From assembly GCA_973895155.1 (NCBI GenBank), contig OZ316893.1, forward strand, positions 28,364,850 through 28,428,849: a DNA stretch of 64,000 bases, written 5' to 3'. A model generated the notes under the pieces. The model made no database searches. It was not told the origin of the DNA and was given only the letters and a program-made list of their open reading frames with translations. The stretch is from Marsupella aquatica (Eukaryota; Plantae; Marchantiophyta). Positions 11,763 to 24,749 of this stretch are shown here, one piece after another (the first letter of the stretch is position 1; the number at the start of each line of letters is the position of its first letter). A program made the position numbers and the translations under genes.

Positions 11763-14700
11763 ATGCACCCTGGTCACCACCCTCCCCAGACCCAGCCCAG
11801 GGCACAGGCACTGCCTTTGCATCATCCCACAAGGATATCACGCCATGATAATAAGCTTTGGCAGCGTGAAAGGTTACGAACCAGACTTTCAGGAGCCAGT
11901 AGGATGAGATGTCCTTGTGCAATCTGCCAAGGATCCCGTACCAGGGGTCTGAATGAGGTTTGGCGGCATATCGCGGTTCATGGAAGAGATCCACGACATC
12001 GAGTTTGGAATGATCCTGCAGAGGAAGATTCTTCCGACGAGGAGTGGAGGTTAGAATTTGATGCTGCCAATGCTGCAAGACGGGCAAGTGAGGTTCTGCC
12101 TGGTGCATTTGAAAATGTTGTAGCTGGTCTCTGTGGGTTGTCAGCTCTCCAACGGGATGGTGCTCAGGCAGCACCACGTGACGAAGGAATTCATGTGGAA
12201 GAGATGGTGAGAGACATCTTCCAAGACTTGGATGCATTTCATGATGGGCTGGACAATGAAGAGGATACGGCTGCAGATGCAAGTGTGCCCCCTGTCGAAG
12301 AGCCTCTTGATGAGTTTGAGATAGGGCAGGAAACCCCTGGGCATGATGGGATGTTTGGCTCTCCCCTGCAAATACAGGAAGGCAGGAAGTCTTTGTACCC
12401 CGGTAGCAAATGTTCTAAACTGGGATTTGTCATCATGTTCCTGAACATTTGCGGCAACCACAATGTCCCCAACGTTTTGGTTTCTGAGTTGTTGGCATTC
12501 TTGCGAACAACTGTGCTACCAGATGGTAATATTTTGCCCAAGAACATGTACGAGGCAAAAAGATGCATATCTAATCTTGGATTGAACTATGATTCGATCC
12601 ATGCCTGTCCTGATGGGCATGTTCTTTTCAGAAAGGAGTATAAAGAATCGTTGACATGCCCTAAGTGTGGGAAGCACAGGTATCGGAACTCAGGAAAGTC
12701 TATGGTTCCCGCCAAGGTACTTCGTCATTTTCCACTCATTCCCAGACTTCAGCGGATGTTCAGAAGCCGTGCCATCTCGGAGATGATGACTTGGGCAACT
12801 GACAAGAAAAGTGATGATGGGCTACAACGACATGCTGCAGATTCAAGGCAATGGAAACTCATAGATGAGATGTATCCCGAATTTGCTGCTGAGCCGAGGA
12901 ATGTCAGACTTGGGCTGTCATTGGATGGGGTAAACCCATTTGGAGACAAGAACAACAAATTTTCATGCTGGCCTGTAACTATTTTGAATTATAACCTTCC
13001 TCCTTGGATGACTACAAAGCGATTTTTTGTTCTGATGGTCCTACTGATACCAGGGCCAGACAGTGCTGTATCTGCCAACATAGATGTGTTTCTGGCTCCC
13101 CTAGTGGAGGAATTGAGAAAGCTTTGGGAGGAAGGAGTTCTCACATATGATGTCCTACAGAGGCTTGGGAGGTTAAACCCATTCATCCTTAGAGCCATTG
13201 TCATTCTGACTATAGCTGACTACCCAGCCCATGGGATGATATCAGGCCAAACAACAAAAGGATATTGTGCTTGTACTATCTGTGGGCGCAATGTCACCAG
13301 TGAGTACTCCAGAGCCCTGCAGAAAGTGATATACATGGGCCATCGTCGTTTTCTGAAGACAGATCACCCTTACAGAGAAAGACAGGCACTGATTGCACAC
13401 TTTGGCAATGAGATTGAGCAACGTGGACCCCCGGCACGAGTGACCAAAGAGGAGATCAGGCAGTGGGGAGCACTGAGGGATGACTATATCAAACGAGGGG
13501 GCAGGGAAGATGGAGTGAGTGATCCAATAAAGCGATATGGTGTAAAAAGACTGAGCATATTGGACTTGGAGCTCAAGTACTGGAGGGTAAGCCTCTTGGA
13601 GTTGATGCTAATTGGGATACATGTTTTGGTTCAGAGCATGTGCATTCATTTCGAAGAGAGAGACTAAACTTGAGGCATTTCCTGACGCTTTTGCATTGCA
13701 ACGATGCAGGAGTTTGAGCCAAGCAAACATAACATTGATGTTATGCACATTGAAAAGAATATTTGTGAGAGTCTACTCAGATTCTTGTGTGGAGAGAAAG
13801 ACACTGGTTCAGTGAGATTGGATCTTGAACAGAGGGGAATGAAACCCCATCTTTGGTTGAGGCCACATGCCCACAGAGCTGATGTGCTCTTGAAGTACCA
13901 AGCGCCCTATGTTCTGACAGACACAGAGTGGGAACTATTTGTGCAGAGGTTGAGTTCTTTGAAGGTTCCTTCAAACTATGGCAGTGCTTTCAAGAAGCAT
14001 ATCATGACTAGAAAGCTTGGTAGTATGAAAAGCCATGACTACCATATGTTGATGCAACAGGTGTTGCCTTTATGCCTGAGGGGCCTGTTGCAGAAGCCTG
14101 TTCGTACTGTGATCATGCGACTCAGTGATGTGTTTCGTCGTATTTGTGTGAAGGTTTGGGATGAAACACACTTCCCACAACTGACAGAAGATGTCGCTCA
14201 GGTGCTGTGTGACCTGGAGATTTATTTTCCTCCCGCATTTTTTGATGTCATGACCCACCTACTTGTCCATGTTGTGGAAGAGCTACACCAATTTGGGCCT
14301 GTGAGTGCTCGTTGGTTGTACCCTTTGGAACGGTACATGAAGCTACTCAAAGGTCACGTGAGAACATATTACAAACCTGAAGCAAGCATGGCTAAAGGTT
14401 ACATCAAGGATGAGACTCTGGGATTTCTGACCGAATACATAGCACAATATGAGCATGTGAAGACCAGGGTGTGGAATTCTGATGAGGAGGAAGGGGTGGT
14501 AGGTGAAGTACTGGAAGGGGCTGCAACCACAAAGAACCTGACCATATCTATGAGAGACTTGGCACATGACTTTGTATTGCACAACACTGTGGTGATGGAA
14601 CCCTGGATACAGTGAGTGCATACATGTGCTATAATCCAGTTCATGAGCTTAAATGTTGTGTTCGTGTGGTTTTCTCCTTCAGCCTGTTCATGTTTACCCA

Positions 14701-15494
14701 AGCTAATGCTGTGTGGTTGTTCGTTCAGGGAGTATGAGTCATTGAAGGCGGCCCATCCCACTGCAGGAACAACTTTTCCAGGTTTCATGGAGTGGATCAG
14801 AGTGGCAATTAGAGAGCATCACGAGACCCACCCAGACATGGATGCAGATGTTTACCTACTGTCTAATGCCCCTAGCCTGAAAGTGAAGACTTACAAACGG
14901 ATGAGAGCATATGGGAATCACTTCCGAGTGAAGGATGGTGACAGTGCCTACAGGGTGACGAATGACTGCGGGCTCATCACTGTATTTGAGCAACAGAGCC
15001 ACAATCACGACAGGGCCTGGATGGAGATGGGATATGTGGGAGAATTAGTTGACATATGGGCTCTGGACTATGGGGCGGTGTCCAGTCCTGTGATTCTTAT
15101 GAAAGGTTCATGGGTGCGGCAGGATTGGCTTGGTAACAGGGCTACCATGAAGAGAGACAACGACGGTTTCTTGCTGGCCAATTTCAGAGGGAAATTGCCC
15201 GAATGGTCTGAGCCATTTGTGTTTCCTAGTCAGGTGGAGCAAGCTTTCTTCCTGGATGTGGAAGACTCCCCAGGTTGGCGTGTAGTGTGTCATAAACAGG
15301 CCAGGCAACGCCGGATGGAAGGATCAAACCTTGAGTTTCATTTACACTCTCATAGTGCCTTTGATCGTCGGCGTTCAGACCAAGTGCCTGTAGTTCATGA
15401 TAGCGGGGACTTCATTCCTGTGACAAGGGTAGATGCATTTGCTGAAGGAGGCGAATTCAGAGATGCAGATGCCAACAGTGTGCCTGTGCCATGA
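11763..15494 (+). CDS. CACTA transposase TnpD/Tnp2, 3 exons (11763-13586, 13710-14611, 14729-15494), ~1163 aa
   Basis: Motifs: MRCPC..C, IHACP, LRHFPLIPRLQRMF, RNVRLGLSLDGVNPF, IDVFLAPLVEEL, DYPA, YMGHRRFL, DVMHIEKN, MKSHDYH, FFDVMTHLLVH, WLYPLERYM, EPFVFPSQVEQAFF (Transposase_21, DUF4218 and DUF4216 type). The GT-AG introns join in frame, giving 3492 nt with no stops. Confidence 0.95.
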
Positions 15495-15650
15495 GTAATG
15501 TGAATTGTTTGCATAGACATTAGTGAGGGGAAGGATGTGTAATAAAGTAATTCTGAAGCAACACAGATGTATGGATGGATGCCTGGTGATTGTGGTTGCA
15601 TTGTGTTATACGGGGTGACCATAGATGACATGTTTTTGTGGTCCAGTAGG

Positions 15651-18600
15651 ATGGAACAGAGTGACACAGAGATGTGTGAGTATGAAAGGAAAGCTATGGA
15701 ACAACGAGCATACGTGAAAGCCAAAATCGCAGAACTGGATCTGGAAAAGGATGTGGCTGAATTGTAAGGGAACGATTCTCAACTACACCCCTCCGCTGAG
15801 TTTGTGTGACATGAATAGTTCAATGTGGCACTGAAATTGTGACTGTATTCTCATATTGGAATGTCGCAGAGCCACAGCATTTTCAAAGAAACAAAAGGAG
15901 TACGCAAGAAGGGTGACCAGCACTATCTCTGGGCCTGTGCGTCGGAGTGACAGGTTGAGCAAGAAGGTCGTACCTACAATGGCAGAATGTGGAGATGACA
16001 TTGATGCTGCACAGGTGGGTGCAGACACTAGACAAGAAGATGCAGATGATGAGTATTTTCCAGAGGAAATGGATGAGGATGGGGGTTATGAAGATGAATA
16101 CATTGCAGAGCAGCCCCAAAAGAAACATGTAAGTAGTTTTCCCAACAAGGTTTTGAGTTAAAAACTCTTGTTTAGAGGTTTCATATGTTCAGTACTACAC
16201 ATATGTACCTTGCTTAGTTCCTGACATTGTAGTTGGTGATGTGATGCAGCGTCCTGCCAGTTCTGTTTTGCCTTCGAAGCCTGTGCATGCACCATACCAG
16301 CAGGGGGGGCTGACCTCTGATCAAGGTTGGCGAGGTGGTAGTAGTGGTAGATCCCAGGCTGGTGCCCAATACTATGGCAGGGGGCAAGCTCTAGGTTATG
16401 CCCGTGGTAGAGGCAGAGCAGGTCCAAACCCACAATCTCGTGGGTATGGACGTCCACCTCAACCGTGGGGATGTGAGTATATATCTATATGCCAGTTCTT
16501 TGTGAAGGCATGGCACTCCTGAATTTCAGACTGCATATCAATTTTTGACATTGTTTGGGATGTATTGGATTCAGACAACATGAAATTCTGTCCACCTGCC
16601 ATTGCATGCAGATTCTGCCCAACCTGATTGGGCAAATGCTAGTAATGATCAGTTCCAATGTCCACAAGGACAGACATGGGTTGAACCAGGTTGGGAGGAT
16701 GGTGGTGGGTCGTGGAATGAACAAGGTTGGGAAGGTGGTGAAGGTAATTGGCAGGGATATCAAAATTCAGTACCTACAAACGCTGGAAGAGGAGCAGGTA
16801 ATGTCTGATCTTGTCAGCAATGGAAGAACTCATTATATGTGGAGTCCATTCACGTGGGGGGGACTCTGCACATGTATAATGATAGAAAATGTATGTGTGC
16901 AGGTTGGACAGTCGAACCATCGACTCAAGTATTCACTAATGCCCCTATGCAGATGCAGCACGGAAGGGGGACAGGTATGTCGGTGAATGTTCAGTTGTTT
17001 TCCTACAGTTTGTACTTAGTTTTCAGTACATATGTTTGCACACACATACCTAGAAAGTGACATCATCCGGCCCCTGTACTAGGCTGGACAGGTGGTCCAG
17101 GGTCGCAACAATTTCAGAGTGCAGTCCCTGCACAGGCATCTACAGGCAGAGCTACAGGTATGTATGTTTGAAGAATTTTTCTTGAAGTGAAGCATTGAAT
17201 GTTGCCGTCATCCATTCTGCTATATGTAGTTCTCAAGCATGAATGGCATTGTATTTTCCCAGGTGGCTTCAGAACCCCAGGTAGGGTGAATGAAGGGGTG
17301 GCCAATACAACGCCCAGTACTACCGAGAGCAGTGCACGAGGGGAGGTGACAAAGAAAGGGAACGTAAAGTTGAATGAGAGACAATGGGTGGATGCTGAGT
17401 GTCCTCGCAAGAACCGATGGCATGCTGATTTGAAAGCTGAAGTATTGCGTTGGTTAGATGTGAGTGTTATTAATTTTAAAAAACAGCATCCAAAAGATTG
17501 GAAGACTGTATGTGAAAATGTTGCTGCCAAATGGAATTATGTGGGCAGTGATGATGGCGTGGACATAGGTTGCCTAGAGAGTACAGCAGGTAAAATTATC
17601 AAGCAAGAGAGGTGGAGAATGCATAAGGCTTGGAAGGAAGGTGGGGAGAAGCCAGATATGCCTCCACCAGCCAGTTGTGATGATAAAGTGTGGGCAAGGT
17701 TAGTAGCTTATTTTGTAACAGATGCTTCAAAAAAGAAGAGTTCACAGATGACCGAGGCCAGGTTGAGTGTTCAGAACCCTAATCTGACAGGAAGGACCGG
17801 CACTGCACCGACAGCTAAACGTTTGGTAAGAATGAATGGCCTAGCTATGTAATTTATGCTACACTATGTACTATTTTTTAGTGTACTGTCCCTACATGTA
17901 AACTTTGTTTTTTAGTGTACGTTCCCTGAATATTGATCGATAACTTGTGTTTGCCATGCATGTGCAGAAAGCCCAATTGGGGCAAAGCCCTTCAAAAGAA
18001 GAGTTGAGGGCTGAAATTGTGAACACCCGGGCTCAAGAGGGTGCATCTGAATCCTCCAAGCATGTAAGTTATATGAGTTCTGATTGGTAATTGAATGACC
18101 TGCGTTGAATTTCAGGTGTACACTGTATATAACATTGATTGTGCATATATTGCCCAACATTTCATATGGAGTGATTGAACCTATACCCCTGTGTCATGTA
18201 GGGAGGTGGATCTTCACTTACAGAGATAAGTGGTCGTTTGAAGGCTGTCGAAACATGTCTTCCAGAGATCAATGAACGTTTGAATTCATTGACTGACTTG
18301 TTCCATGTGAACTTCAAGACATTAATGGAAGCTGTTGTGTCGGTGAGAGATAAAATTGATTCCAATTCTGCAGGAGTTCCACCATCACCACTTGAGGTGG
18401 CAAAGTCGATGCACTCTTCTGGCATGCCAACGACATGTAGGCTTGAAGGTAAGGCCTTTACAACTGTGTGGGATATGATTATTAAATGTATAGTTTGAAT
18501 TGACATTGTTTGTTGAATGTGTTATTTTCAGTAACATATATTGTGGTTGTTGTGTCCATAGAGAATAAGACAGGTGCTACAGAGAAGAAGTATGAGAACC

Positions 18601-19358
18601 TGGCAAATACTCGCTGTAATTTAGAGGCAACAAAGTTGCAGTCTGTACAAGCAACTTGTTTGACAGAGGGCAGTCAACCATGTTTGGATGAGGATGACAT
18701 TGGCAAGGGAGTGGATGATATCAATGTTGGGGCAAATGAGGATATCAGCAAGCATGACAATGATACCATTGAGCCAGATTCATGCTATGTAGATCTTGAC
18801 TCCATTGCAGAGATAAATGATTTGCAGAATGTATCATTCTCAATGACAGGTGTGCCTCTTGTTGAGATAAATCCAACCAAAGAGTTAGTTGGTATGACAC
18901 TCCCAGGTGATGAACCTGCTACTGTGACAGTCCTAACAGAGGAACCTACTGAGCCTAGCTTCACTACTGTGAAGAGAGGAAGCATGCGCACACGAAGCAA
19001 GTCTGCTGGTGGGAGCAGAGCCACGTCAAAGGTTTCATACAAACCTCCAAGAACAGTGCTGGCAGAAAGATCTAAGGTGGAAGTGGGGAAAGCACCTAAT
19101 GCTGAGGGACAAAGTGGCTTGTTAGCTGTTGATGAGAGTGGAACACGAGTAGGATTTGCCAGAGTGCAGGTTGGTTCCACAACGTTCCATGGCAAGAGGA
19201 TTCCCCCAGGTTATTCAGTAGTGTTAGTCACATTACTAGTGAAACCTAAAGCTGTCCTTCCCATTCCAAACACAAATGATGATCCTCCTCAAAAGACACT
19301 TGGAGATGCTGCAGGTTCTTTGGTATTATGGCCAAGCAAGTTCATAGAGGATCCATAA
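15651..19358 (+). CDS. CACTA second protein (TnpA/Tnp1-like), 10 exons, ~876 aa
   Basis: Exons 15651-15763, 15870-16128, 16250-16472, 16612-16797, 16903-16974, 17083-17157, 17263-17825, 17968-18063, 18202-18448 and 18562-19358 splice in frame (2631 nt). It has an N-terminal CEYER/RRSDRL segment, a Ptta/En/Spm-like W..LV.YF...S......R block and a C-terminal FHG..IP.GY..V.V...LPIP...TLGDA...VLWP. Confidence 0.85.
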
Positions 19359-19857
19359 CAATGTCATGCCATTATTTGTTTGTAGTGTGAGTCATGTTAT
19401 GTAGATTTTAGATGTCAAGAAACAGTACAAGAATCATGTCCTCTTGGAGATTCATAGTATCATGCATGTGCTTTCAGTTATCTCATCCTACAGTCATCAA
19501 TTATGAGTTCCTGTTTTGTCTAAATTACATTGATCACATTGTAAACTATTCCATTGGAATTCAAATGATCTTCATTTTTTAGCAAGATTGTGATTGTGTT
19601 TAATTCTTATGAATGTTTTATGTAGGATCTGCTTATATGATGCTTTGTTTCATGTGGATGTCATTCATGCTATGTTCATTTCTTGTATTCAATGTGTTAT
19701 ATTTCTAAAGTTAGAACATCAGGTTTCTATGTATTGTAATGTCGAGTGCTCTCTCTTCTTATGAACTGTCCCTCTGTGTTCATTAGTCATGGTTATAACT
19801 TGCATGTGAACCTTATTAGTTATAAACATGAGTATATAGAGTCCCAAATGGTTCTGT

Positions 19858-20213
19858 TGTGTGACGCGGGCCAGGGTCTCCATTGGTCTCTCCTGTGACA
19901 CTAAATAGTCACACGCTAGTCGTTGTTGAATGCGGGTAAGTCATGTATGTGACTTACGATGTGACTCGCTGAAGTCATATTGCAGTCACGTCGAAACAAG
20001 GCTAGACTCCACAATAAAGTCACAGATCAGTCACAAATGGGTATCAAGCAAGTTGCAAAGCCCAGTATCAATAGTGACTTCCATTTTTTGGTCTCAACTT
20101 TTGCAACTCCAAGGGTCACAGCGTGGGTCAAGTCACGTTGAGTCACAATGAAGTCACATGAGCCAAAATGAGTCATATATTGCGGTCTCAGTTCACCTCG
20201 GATTCTTCTAGTG
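19858..20213. repeat. CACTA right subterminal repeats and TIR
   Basis: Dense GTGAC/GTCAC/GAGTCA motifs in both orientations. CTGAGACC sits at the same offset (23-30) from both element ends. Confidence 0.75.
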
Positions 20214-20697
20214 GTGGCCCCCAGTTTTGGGGGTGCGTGCACATGGGGGCGTGTGCAACCCTAATTGAGCATTGGGGGTGTAACGAGCTGGGGGTGAGGG
20301 AGGGGGAGGGGTTCCATGGGGGTTGAGGGTGAGGGTGGCCCCCAGTTTTGGGGGTGCGTGCACATGGGGGCGTGTGCAACCCTAATGTAGCATTGGGGGT
20401 GTAACGAGCTGGGGGTGAGGGTGGGGGAGGGGTTCCATGGGGGTTGAGGGTGAGGGTGGCCCCCAGTTTTGGGGGTGCGTGCATTGGGGGTGAGGATGGT
20501 CAAGATTGGGGGTGAATCACCCCCAATGTATGCATACTAGGAGTGAGTCCACGCTCCTATCGCGACGAGGTGATCACAACTAGGGGTACGAGTAGTTGGC
20601 TTTTTATGTAATTTTGACTTTTTTAAAGTATTGGTAAAACGTTTCATTTTGGTGGATTTGCGCAAATAGCACGTTTTGGAACGTTACGTGCTCGCCT
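20214..20697 (+). repeat. Remainder of the interrupted composite unit (121-bp monomers + truncated tail)
   Basis: Continues the satellite after the TSD. The tail matches 541-734 and then breaks at GCTCGCCT. Confidence 0.92.
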
Positions 20698-20846
20698 GTA
20701 TATATCTTCTCTGCACAGCGCGTGCAATGAGGCCGGTCTTCAGGCCATTTCAGGGTATTTAGGGACCGCGGTGCATGGTCTCCTACATGCAGTGCACGGT
20801 CTCAACATTTCATTATTTGGACTCCCACAACATTATTATCAAAACC
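20695..20846 (+). repeat. ~140-bp dispersed repeat (CCTGTATATATCTTCTCTGCACAGCGCGTGCAATGAGGCCGGTCTTCAGGCC...)
   Basis: Near-identical to copies at 42853-43093. Confidence 0.9.
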
Positions 20847-21829
20847 TTTAAACTCCACTAGTATTGATTAGGGTGACTTACGGGTGGTTGCCGTAGGCTC
20901 CCATAACATTATTTTTTAAGTGTTCATACACCACTAGCATTCATTGTGACTCACTTGTAGTCCCGCACTCCCATAACATTTCCAATAAATGTCTTTTGCA
21001 GCTATAACATTCATGTTGAAACCATTGGACTCCGTTAGCATCAAAAGTGTCACCATTCAATTTGGGTTCGTGAGAAATACAAAGGAAACAAAGCTTGGTC
21101 AATGCTTCTAGAATTCTTGTACCAGCCTTCAATCTGGTTCCTTAATGTGCTCGTCACCTTCAAATTCCCTTCTGCATTATTGTTGGGTCGGTATTTTGGT
21201 CGGGAAGCATTGGCCTTCGAGAATTCCTGTCGCTGGCCTTCAATCTGGTCCTGACTGTGCTCGCCACCTCCAAATTCCCTTCAATCTGCATCTTGAATCT
21301 TGCATCGCTTGGATGGCGTACTGACATCGTCAATAATTGCAGCAAGTGATGGATTAGAGTCATTCACTGTCGGATGCAGTCTTCGAGCGAAGGCATTTCC
21401 GAATGGTTGCATTTTTTATGCTTACTGGTGGCAGTGGCGTGGCATGGTTTCAGGCTGAGTGTGCAGTGATGGAGCTTCTCTTCTGTACAACATCCATGGT
21501 TGCGGTATCCATGCCTTGCTACTCACCTCCATCTGTGTTGCAACTCCATTCAGACACTCCTAGGACCCAAATCGCCTTCACTGTCCAACCCACCATACAA
21601 CACTCTTATGTAAAGGCTGTGTCTCACATGCGATACATGGTATGTCTCCAAGTTTCAGCATATGGACTCCCACAACATTTCCGGTTAAAGTGGAGGCTCC
21701 CATAACATTTCCGGTTAAACCGTAGACTCCCATAGCTTTCATGTTGAAACCTTTAAACTCCGTTAGCATCAAATGTGTCACCATTCAATTTTGGACGTGG
21801 GAAATGAGATACAAAATTTTGGACGTGGG

Positions 21830-22095
21830 AAATGCCCATGTGCTCAGATGGGTATGTATGTTTCAAATTACAGTATTTTGAAGGTTGGGGGTTACGAGGG
21901 ATGGGGTATTCCAAAACGCACAGCCACCATGTGTTGGGGTAATGCAAGTGCCAATGTGCTCCGAAGGGTATGTATGTATCAAATTACAGTATTTTGAAGG
22001 TTGGGGGTATGAGGGATGGGGTATTCTAAAATGCACAGCCACCATGGGCTGGGGTAATGCAAATTAATGCCCATGTGCTCTGAAGGGTATTAATA
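21830..22095 (+). repeat. Diverged ~115-120-bp tandem repeat (about 2.2 copies; partial copy near 22425-22495)
   Basis: ATGTGCTC..A.GGGTATGTATGT.TCAAATTACAGTATTTTGAAGGTTGGGGG recurs at 21838, 21953 and 22073. Confidence 0.85.
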
Positions 22096-23119
22096 GGATA
22101 ATGTCCTGGTTAGAGGGCATTGTGGGATATAATGCCCGTAACTAGGACATTTAATGTACGTAAAAACTTGAGTGACTTTTTGGTAACAAACAAGAAAAAG
22201 TGAATCCCTGAAATAGAAAATTCAAATTAAAGGGTCATCCAAGAAGTGGTTGCTATGGAATTGGCCAAAAATATACCTTCTTTAGTTATATTAGATTCTA
22301 TTCATAGATATTGTGTTAGTATCAGGTAGGTGTTTTGTATAATCCCCTCCTCAAAAAAAGGGGTGCATTATGGAGAATTAATGCACTCAAATATACAAAG
22401 AGAAAAGCCACGAAAGTCTTTACGTATCAAAATTACAGTATTGAAGGTGAAGGGGGGTACGTGGGATGGGGGTATTCTATAACGCACAGCCACAGTTGAA
22501 GCCACTTTGATAAGTGATTACTCAGTTGAACAATAGGAGAGCAATGCTGCTCTAAGTGGAATGTCTTATTTTGTTTACGAGTGGAATGTCTTGTTTTGTG
22601 GACTACCGTAAACAGACATGTTCATTAATGAAGAAATGCGGTGCTGGTCAGACTGTCCTCACTGTTGTTTTTATAAAGTGGGATGAGAAGCTATTGACAA
22701 ACCACATCATCACTGACCACACACACTCTTACTGTATAATAATCAGAAGTACTCACTGTACTGTCCAGTAGTCTGCGTTTTTGGATTAGTTGTGATGATT
22801 TCTGTTCAGTCTGCTACTATAAGGAGGTTGAATGGGCAACCTTCCAGTATGGGTGAAGGTTTTTTCGGGAACAAACAGGCACAGCAGGGTAGTATGGTTG
22901 AATTGCCTAATCTATCTTGTTGTGGGCATTGTATTGCACCTCGCGCTAACCCTTGGTACACTCTTAATCTTAAAAGGTGTTCATCTGTAAAGGCCAAGTA
23001 TTCTGATAAACCCACACAACACTATTGAAAGAAAAGGAACAAGGTTTAGGGTTTAGAGTATTCTGAGAAAACCACACACTGTTGACACTGTTTACATGAT
23101 AAATGGCCATTGTCAGTAA

Positions 23120-23600
23120 GAGATACAAAAGTTGAGGTCATGTAATGCGGTATTATGGTTCATATTATTTAGGAAATTGGGCCATATACGTGGATATCAT
23201 GCACAAGCTAGGGTAATCTAATAATCGAGTAATGTACAACTAAGGTTAATGTTAGGAATACATCCGAACCTCGGGGTAATCCAATCACAAAGCAATGTAC
23301 TAGACAAGTTAATCTTAGGATATTGTGCCATACACACGGATACGAAAGTTGGGGTAATCTTATCCATCAATAAATATACATTAATTAATGTTTAGGATTT
23401 GTGCCATACACATGAATACAAAAGCCGGGGTAATCTTATAATCAATAAAGTACTAGTAAGGTTAATGTTTGGAAATTGGCCACACCCATGGATACAAAGC
23501 TGGGGTAATCCTACACATAGATACGAAGCAAATGCCGGGGTAATCTAATAATCATAATTAAAGTACAAATGAATGTATTAAGGAATGTACTAAGCTGGGC
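23120..23600 (+). repeat. Degenerate ~60-75-bp tandem repeat with GGGGTAATCT core
   Basis: GGGGTAATC(T/C) and GCCATACA/GGATAC recur about 6 times. Confidence 0.7.
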
Positions 23601-24749
23601 TGTAAAAATGTGGGGTTTTACATACATGGACACAAGACTATAAACGTGACGAAATGATGTAATCATGCAGGTCAGGTAAAGTAGGAAGATTGTTTGTTAC
23701 ACCAACAGTCTTCGGCCACAAATGAGTTTTCGGCCACAAATGAGGTGTTGTACAACACATTTGTTATGTCATACAGCCATCCATTTGAGTAGTGTTTTTT
23801 TATCTAGATGTAAGTGTCCAGTGTGAGGGAAAATTGGCAGGTCATGTGGGACTGGGGAAAATAAATTTTGATTTGTGTGAAGTGCGCCTCACACGTCGCT
23901 TCTAGGTTCTGAAAATCTAGGGTTGATGGTAAAAATGAAAATGTATAATCTGAGTATGAAATAGATACGGAGGTGTCGAGGAGTAAAACTAGACCAGACC
24001 AGAATGGGGCAGGGGGAGTTTAGGGTCCATTTATATTGAATGTAATGAGAGAATTGTTTACTAGAATAAATGGTACCCCATATTTAAATAACGTGTCTAT
24101 TGATCGATACCCAGGAAAGAAAATACCGTCCTATCTTCTTTGCACTTCAACCGATGCACAATGCTTGCCTTTCTAGAGAACAAGGTAGCCAAAACAAATT
24201 CACCGAAGAGAATAGATAGTTCAAAACTCCTGACTCTAATTTACAAATACTACAAAAAAACATTTGACTCTTACCTGAAGTTTTCCTATCGTCTAAAATC
24301 TTAAAGTTTCCCTTTCCTGAAGCTCAAATTGTTTTTCCTTCCCTGCCCTTCCTCAAGTTTTTTTCCCTAGCGCCTGAAGCTGGAGTTTTTTTTTCCTTCC
24401 CCCCTGACGGTGAAGTTTTTTTTTCTTCCTGGAAAAAGCTGAATTTTTTTTTGCTTGCTTTGGTTTTTGCTGTTTTTCTTCTCCCCCACTTTCACATTAT
24501 GTAGGTTTGTACATCATGTGCGAAAAAAACTAGGATACAATGTATGGATTTGATGAAAAAAATCACCTCTGGTTTAGGGAACCAATATAGAGCAGGTAAA
24601 TTCAGGCATGTACTTTGGCTGGTATTTGTCCCTGCAATACCCAAAATGCTGGTCCGGTGAGGTTTAGGGTCTTTTCAGTACGTTTGGAGTCCTTCTACCG
24701 GCGCAGGGCGCCTTCATGGGGTCCCTGCCCGCTTTGTTGCTTGCTATGA

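Larger units (their letters stand above)
1971..20213 (+). mobile_element. CACTA (En/Spm) DNA transposon, 18,243 bp, probably autonomous
   Basis: Begins CACTAGAAGAA (1971) and ends TTCTTCTAGTG (20213). The 3-bp TSD GTG is at 1968-1970 and 20214-20216. Removing the element restores the satellite sequence GAGGGTG|GCCCCCAG. TnpD and TnpA-like genes lie inside. Confidence 0.97.

Noticed and set aside
9427-19195. Minus-strand ORFs overlapping the PHD, BRCT, TnpD and TnpA genes
   Set aside because: Antisense shadows of real coding frames.
21830-22095. The ~115-120-bp repeat as ancestor of the 121-bp satellite
   Set aside because: Similar period but no alignable sequence by eye.
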